NCBI GenBank assembly: GCA_951406725.2
Contig: OX597818.1
Coordinates: 137,888,001 to 137,952,000, forward strand
Length of the DNA: 64,000 nt
Direction of reading: 5' to 3'
From: Octopus vulgaris
Lineage: Eukaryota
Positions 56,810-64,000 of the stretch are shown here, piece by piece. The notes beneath the pieces are model-generated. The model saw only the letters and a list, made by a program, of their open reading frames with translations, had not been told where the DNA came from and searched no databases. The number at the start of each line of letters is the position of its first letter. Position 1 is the first letter of the stretch. The position numbers and the translations under genes are program-made.

Positions 56810-57568
56810 TCCTGTACATATGCATGTATCTGTATTTTTCATTTATTTAATAACTGAACGTCACGCAGCCCTTATCAACAGTAAATATTTACATTTATAT
56901 ATAATCTCTGCGACTCAACACTCTGTTCCCTGCCTATTATCTTTTCTTTCTCTCTGTCCCTCTATCATCTCCTATATTTCTTTTCCTCACCCTCCTTCTT
57001 TGCTGTCCACTGTCTGTCCTTCTTTCACTCTCTACTATCTTTATTTCTTTCTCCCTTCACCTTACACCCTTTGTTTCTTTACCTCATCCTCTCTCTTGTA
57101 CCCCTTCCCATTGGCTACGGGCCATTTTTCTTGTCACTCTGTCCTTTCTAAATTCCACGGCCAGCCAGCCGGACGTCATTTCTTTCGCCTCTCGATATTT
57201 TTTCTCTCCTACTATCTTTCAAAATTTCTCCCAGGCGTTACCCATTACAATTCGTCTTGGCCTAACGGCCCTTAATATTTGTCGTCGTCCATTGTTTTCT
57301 TCGTTTGTCGTCGTTTGTTCGTTCGAAGCCCTAACCCTCCAAAAATTCTATATTTTTAAAAGTTCTAGATGTTACTGTCTTATGAAGTTTTCCTGCCTTA
57401 TCGTTAAAAGCACGAAACGAGGAGAAATATTACATTCGACAACAGAGGAAGGATAAGACTTCTTATGGTATTTTGTCCCGTATTTATCACTCGTTGTGTA
57501 TTTACGTATTTTTCACTCGTTGGTGATGTCTTTTTCATAATACATATCTTTTTCAATTATTTTATATC

Positions 57569-57747
57569 GCTTGATAACCGATGCTGGTGTGTTTACGTCC
57601 CCGTAAACTAACGGTTCGACAAAATAGACCGATAGAATAAGTACTAGGCTTAGAAAGAATAAGTCCTGGGGTCGATTTGCTCGACTAAAAGCGGTGCTCC
57701 AGCATGGCCGCAGTCAAATGACTGAAACAAGTAAGAGAATAAAAGAA
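57569..57747 (+). mobile_element. SINE family A 3' half
   Basis: Matches about 2448-2625. Confidence 0.8.
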
Positions 57748-57750
57748 TAC

Positions 57751-57834
<84 letters not shown>

Positions 57835-58417
57835 GAACAGATTTTCTTTCAAATATGTTACGTGAAAAATCACAACTCTGTTGTACAAGTTTTATCTTTA
57901 TAAAAGGGATTCTTCGTATTTCCTTCTAATCAAATAGTTTTGATTTTCAACACTAGGGTTTCTATATCGGTTACTCTGACATTTCGAAACTTGCACTATC
58001 GCATTTTCAAATTGAACCTATAGGTACACCACACACCATTACAGCGAAGTAATTCGAATACATAATTGAAAATGTCTACAGACGTCAGTCTAACGGGTTA
58101 AAGAACTTTAGTGCTCGAAACAGAACCAAAAATTTTAAATAAAAGTTCAATCTCGACCACCGTCGTGATTTTGACAAATAAACAAACACACATAGGCGCC
58201 CGTGCACACACTCAACCATGTCTATAGAAAATGTTTCAATTGTTACCTGCACGTTGTCGAAACAATTGTAAATCATGTAATAAATGTAATGCCGTATGTT
58301 ACTTTCATCCCTTTTGTGTTACGTATTTCACTTGATTTTGTCCTGTAATTACTCTCCACGTCTTGTATCTATATCTCGTGTGTATGTTATTTGCACCGTT
58401 GGTGACGTCCTGTACCC

Positions 58418-58449
<32 letters not shown>

Positions 58450-58460
58450 CTGTATATACA

Positions 58461-58862
58461 GGAGTGGCTGTGTGGTAAGTAGCTTGCTAACCAACCAAAT
58501 GGTTCCGGGTTCAGTCCCACTGCGGGACATCTTGGGCAAGTGTCTTCTACTATAGCCCCGGGCCGACCAAAGCCTTGTAAGTGGATTTGGTAGACGGAAA
58601 CTGAAAGAAGCCTGTCGTATATATGTATATATATATATATGTATGTGTGTGTTTGTGTGTCTGTGTTTGTCCCCCTAGCATTGCTTGACAACCGATGCTG
58701 GTGTGTTTACGTCCCCGTCACTTAGCGGTTCGGCAAAAGAGACCGATAGAATAAGTACTGGGCTTACAAAGAATAAGTCCCGGGGTCGATTTGCTCGACT
58801 AAAGGTGGTGCTCCAGCATGGCCACAGTCAAATGACTGAAACAAGTAAAAGAGTAAAAGAGT
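58461..58862 (+). mobile_element. SINE family A, full length
   Basis: GGAGTGGCTGTGTGGTAAG head through GTAAAAGA tail. Confidence 0.9.
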
Positions 58863-59653
58863 ATACATATATATATTATTTATTTATTTATTTATTTAAT
58901 TGAACGCGACGCATCCATTCCCAAGTAAGTTTATCTTCACCCATTTCTTTGTGTGACTCTCTACTCTGGACTGATTTCTTCCTCTCGTCTTTGTTTCCTT
59001 CTCCCTCCATCCTTCTCTAATTCACTTTCTCTCCTCTCCCCTTCACCGTTTCCTATCTAGCTATCTCTCTCCTCTTTCTCTTTTTCTCTCTCTCCCCTTT
59101 CCCTTTCTCTCTCCCCTCTTTCCCTTTCTCTCCCTCCCCTTTTCCCTTTTTTTCTCTCTTTGCTCACACGTGACCACCGTCCATCTTACTTTTCCTCATG
59201 TGACCATCATTCTTTTCCTGCTCGGACGTCTAAACGACTGGACGTTTTTTTCCCTCTCTCTCTCTCTCTCAACCCTATCTTTTCTCTTTAAAAAAAAACT
59301 GTCTCTCCCAGCGTTCACTATTCTCCTTTCGTTCCTGCCTAACGAACCTCCATGTCCGTTTTCGTTCGGTTTCCTTGTATGTCTCCACTGTTATTTTTTT
59401 GTTCCCTACTTTGACCCTCCATAAATCCTAAATTTTATTTTAGAATTTATGGGAGCTACTCTCTTTGAAAACTCATATTGTTTGAATGCTCGAAATGAGG
59501 AGTCGTTAGACAGCCGAAAACAGATGAAGGTTTCTTTTCCTATTTTCCACTTCTTCCTCGTTGTTTACGTATTTCACTCGTTTTTGTCCTGTAATTACTG
59601 TCGACCCCTTGTATCTATTTGCACCGTTGGCGACATCCTGCAGCCATAAATGC

Positions 59654-59690
<37 letters not shown>

Positions 59691-59707
59691 CATGCATACA
59701 TACATGC

Positions 59708-59793
<86 letters not shown>

Positions 59794-60043
59794 CATAAGT
59801 AATAGAGAGGTTTGTGGTGTAAATGCTGCATAAGATGCTAAATGAAACTGAGAAGAAAATCATTTAGACTAAATATAATCTACAAATGTTAATTAGTTTA
59901 GATGCAAATGTGATTTGATGGCTATGAAGCAGAGAGGGAAATAAAAAGGAGGGACAGAATGAATGCAGGAAAGGAATGAAGAACTGGAAATAGAAACAAA
60001 TACAGGAAATGATAAACATACATATATATATATATTATATAGG

Positions 60044-60077
<34 letters not shown>

Positions 60078-60325
60078 ATGGACAAACTGTAAAAATGAAA
60101 GAGTAAGTGTCAATGCAATAAGACGATAAATGATAGCTGAGGCAGTTTTATAGTTTTTAATTACACTCTAGCGTCAGCGAGGTAATGGAAGAGGCGCCTG
60201 CGAGAAACGAATTGTAATCATGTGTTTATGTATGTGAATATTTGTAAATATTATATATATATATATATATATATATGATATGAATAGATAATGAATGGGA
60301 AATACAACTATGCACGCATTTATAT

Positions 60326-60358
<33 letters not shown>

Positions 60359-60490
60359 ACTTAGCGGTTCGGCAAAAGAGACCGATAGAATAAGTACTGG
60401 GCTTACAAAGAATAAGTCCCGGGGTCGATTTGCTCGACTAAAGGCGGTGCTCCAGCATGGCCGCAGTCAAATGACTGAAACAAGTAAAAA

Positions 60491-60491
<1 letters not shown>
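60359..60491 (+). mobile_element. SINE family A 3' fragment in (TA)n
   Basis: Near-identical to about 58719-58850. Confidence 0.85.
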
Positions 60492-60535
<44 letters not shown>

Positions 60536-60925
60536 CGCATACACACATATATATAGACATACACATACTATATATTTTATTTGTCTGTGTGATTGCATCT
60601 GTGTGCATGTATGTATATTACGTATGTATATGTATATTTGACGTTGATCTAATATGACCGAGAAACAATATATATATATATGTGTGTATATATATATATA
60701 GAGATATATATATATATGTGTGTATGTGTGTGTGTGTGAGAGAAATGATATATATGTGTGTGTGTGTGTGGTGAGCGTGTGTGTGTGTGTCTGTGTGTCT
60801 GTGTGGGTGTGTTACTCACGTTGTAAGATAAAACTAGAACACAATCGTATTTTTAACATTACACACACAGACACGCATCCATCCATCCATCCATCCATAC
60901 ATACATACATACATGCATACATACA

Positions 60926-60961
<36 letters not shown>

Positions 60962-61252
60962 TATATATAAAGAAATATGAAGCCCCAACCGGCAATTGAA
61001 TGTGATTACATCATTTAAGTTTCCGGTGTCTTATAACAGAATCTAAATTAAATGGATGAATCAGCATGGCTTTTACTTAGGAAGAATACGTTGGCTTAGG
61101 GATGGGCTGCAGCATTTCCATTGATAAGTAAGTCCGAACCATATGTGGTACGACTACATTTAACAGCTTTATTTTTACGCTCACGTATGTAGATGTGAGT
61201 GTTTATACATATGTCTGTGTGCGCATGTGTGTATTTGTATGCGTAAAAATAC

Positions 61253-61321
<69 letters not shown>

Positions 61322-61324
<3 letters not shown>

Positions 61325-61631
61325 AAGCGCAATGGCCCAGTGGTTAGGGCAGTGGACTCGCAGTCGGAGGATCGCGATTTCGATTCCCAGACCGGGCGTT
61401 GTGTCTTTATTGAGCGAAAACGCCTAAAATGTTCCACGTGGCTCCGGCAGGGGGTGGTGGCGACCCCTGTTGTACTCTTTCGCCCCAACTTTCTCTCACT
61501 CTCTCTTCCTGTTTCTTGAGTAACGCTGCGATGGACTGGCGTCCCGTCCACCTGCGGGGAACACATACGCCACACAAACCGGGCCCATGAGCCTAGCTAG
61601 GCTTGAAAAGGGCGCATAAATAAATAAAAAA
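61322..61631 (+). mobile_element. SINE with family C head and a different 3' module
   Basis: First ~190 bp match family C, then CTGCGATGGACTGGCGTCCCGTCC...AAACCGGGCCCATGAGCC and an A-rich tail. Confidence 0.8.
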
Positions 61632-62820
61632 CTTATATATATATAAACACGTATGTATATATATATACGTACATATATATATTATATACATATGCAGACA
61701 GGCAGACAGACAGATAGATAGATATAGTTGTAATTACACTGGCTCATGTTTTTTGCAATTATTTCGTTATAGCAATCATCAGATGCCTATGAAAAATACG
61801 GAATACAGTGTTGTAACTGTATTGCAACCTTTAATTAATAAGTGCATGTGAGGGTGTGTTTCTGTTCGGGTGCTTGCGTGCGTTTATGTATCAGCCATTA
61901 AGTACAGTTTAATTAGTTAAGGTCAAGCACTTGTCAAGCTACACCAGGTATACTAGGCTATGACATTATAAGAACTAAACGAAAATAGATTGAGGGAACT
62001 AATCTTAAATATACAAAATAATGTAAATAAAGAAAATTTACAACAGGTTACCTCGAGGGATGTCCAGAGATTTCTGTGATTATTGACTTCATCACAGTTC
62101 CATATGACTAACTTTTATTATTTTAGCCGGTAGGGTCTGATTTAAGTACTTTTTAAAAAATTTTAGCAGTTTGATCGACAGTACAAATGCGTCCTCTCTT
62201 TTCCCGCTCAAGTTCTAGGTGAAATGTGGACTTGCACATAAATATTCAAATTCAACACCATCTGTGTGGGTCTCCCTAATATTGAATGTTATTTGAAAGT
62301 TTCCCACTTTCTAATTACAATGTATTTGATTCAATCATACTATGGAGTGCTGTAAAATATATCTTAGTTACAGTTACCTTATGTAGTCCATTAATATATA
62401 CCCTAGTTCAAGTCGTGGAATCAATTAAAATTAAACTTGTTTCGCGTCATTTTATGGAGTCCATTTCTCTCCGAAAGTTATCCACAAAATGTCTATGAGA
62501 TGCACCCAATTCTCAGCATTACAATATAACGGTGAGGAGTCATTATTCGACATAACAATACTGCCGCCATTTCCACTGACGCATTTCAGTACACCTAATG
62601 AGGGAAGTGTCGGCACATTTAAGATTTGAACACGAACACATGGCGGTTACAATTACAGGATTCAAACCTTTAACCTGACAGCTTGTTTTACAACATTCTA
62701 TTCTCCAAGTCCTCAACAATCTCTCACACTTTTATATCTTTTTGAAGAGTCATAAGAAATTAGAAACTATAAGCACTTATCTATGCAATACCAATGCCAT
62801 TCTTAATTTTGTTGTTGATG

Positions 62821-62849
<29 letters not shown>

Positions 62850-62856
<7 letters not shown>

Positions 62857-63053
62857 ATTGTTGTTAAGCAACAAGACGAGTAAGGGTGATTAGGTGAAGG
62901 TCTAGGGCTTAGGGGCAGGAGACCCCAGACCTTGGAAAAAAATTGGTCGTCTTGTTGTAGTCGAGGGCTCTTCGTTGACACCCGACACCACTGGGAGGTG
63001 GCCCTCGAAGTCGCTGGAAATGGAGATCTCCAGGTCCAAATTCTTGAACGGCT
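62850..63053. repeat. Unclassified dispersed repeat, copy 2
   Basis: Similar to 50411-50627. Confidence 0.8.
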
Positions 63054-63117
63054 GTTGCTGATGATGAATGATGTTGTTATTTAACTGGAACTGCCCTTAA
63101 AGATCTGAATAAATATC

Positions 63118-63667
63118 ACTTTCTACCAAGGCCAGAAATCTTGGAGAAAGAGCTACTCGATTACGTCGACCCCAATGCCCAACTGGTACTTATTTTATCG
63201 ACCTCCGAAAGGATGGAAGGCTAAGTCGACCTTGGCGGAATTTGAACTCAGAACGTAAAGAGCCAAAAAGAATACTACTAAGCACTTTGTCCTCGTGCTA
63301 ACGAATCTGCCAGCTCACAGCCTTAATCTGGTTAAATAATAGTTTCAAATTTTGGCACAAGGCCAGCAGTTTCGGAGGAGGAGCTTGTTGAATGAATTGA
63401 CTCCAGTGTTCAAAAAGTAGTTATTCCGACCTTAACGGAATTTGACCTCGGAACGTAAAGACAAATGAAATGCTTCTAACCATTTTGCCCGACATGCTAA
63501 CGATTCTGGTCGCTTACCGGCTTAACCAGGTTAAATAATCCTTTTTACTAAAGGCACAAGGCCTGAAATTTGGGGAGAAGTAACTAGTCGATTACATCAC
63601 TGATACTTAATTTATCGATTATGCTGGCGATACTGACAGCTCCACCGCCTTAACTTGGTTAAATAAT
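63118..63667 (-). mobile_element. Three tandem SINE family B copies
   Basis: Each copy's head abuts CTTAA...GGTTAAATAAT (about 63322, 63522, 63649). Confidence 0.7.
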
Positions 63668-64000
63668 AACAACAACAGTCTTGTTATCACTATATATTTA
63701 TATACCTTTTTTTCGGTCATGGAAGATCTCACGTCGGTTTCGACGATGAATACTCCAGTTATTCGGTCAGCTGAACAACTTATTCATTATGGATATGTAT
63801 AAGTGGCAGAATATTCCAAAGACGAGTGTGCCCTTAAATAATCTCCTTGTGTTGCCAGTGTCACACAGCACATAGCAAGACAAGCCCGTGGAAAAAAAGG
63901 TGAGAGCCTAACTGAAGGGCTTCCACACAGTTTCCGCATACGCAATTTCTTTTATAATGCTTGGAGCTATTCCTAGTATGAAGTAAAGATATGTATTCAA

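Noticed and set aside
61755-61787. Minus-strand CTGATGA...GAAA motif
   Set aside because: No consistent stem I, stem II or cleavage triplet

Overview
AT-rich, microsatellite-dense eukaryotic non-coding DNA. The tRNA-SINE, Penelope and microsatellite profile looks like an octopus/coleoid genome (inference). I could not support any host protein-coding gene; almost all listed ORFs are translations of simple repeats. Contents: four tRNA-derived SINE families (many with TSDs), non-autonomous Helitrons, Tc1 and mariner/maT relics, R4/Dong-like and RTE LINE relics, and a 5'-truncated Penelope-like element with an uninterrupted RT + GIY-YIG frame (about 47178-48750). The main signal is a dense set of about 18 type I hammerhead-ribozyme motifs read by eye. 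Seven lie in a nearly identical 544-545 bp non-coding tandem array (25410-28822) that folds back into a ~1.7 kb palindrome and looks like a retrozyme. A diverged sister locus (19371-19996) has the same fold-back design and nearly the same termini. Other hammerhead modules also occur as inverted repeats in or near (TA)n. A separate 14 x 55 bp satellite arose from Tc1 transposase coding sequence.
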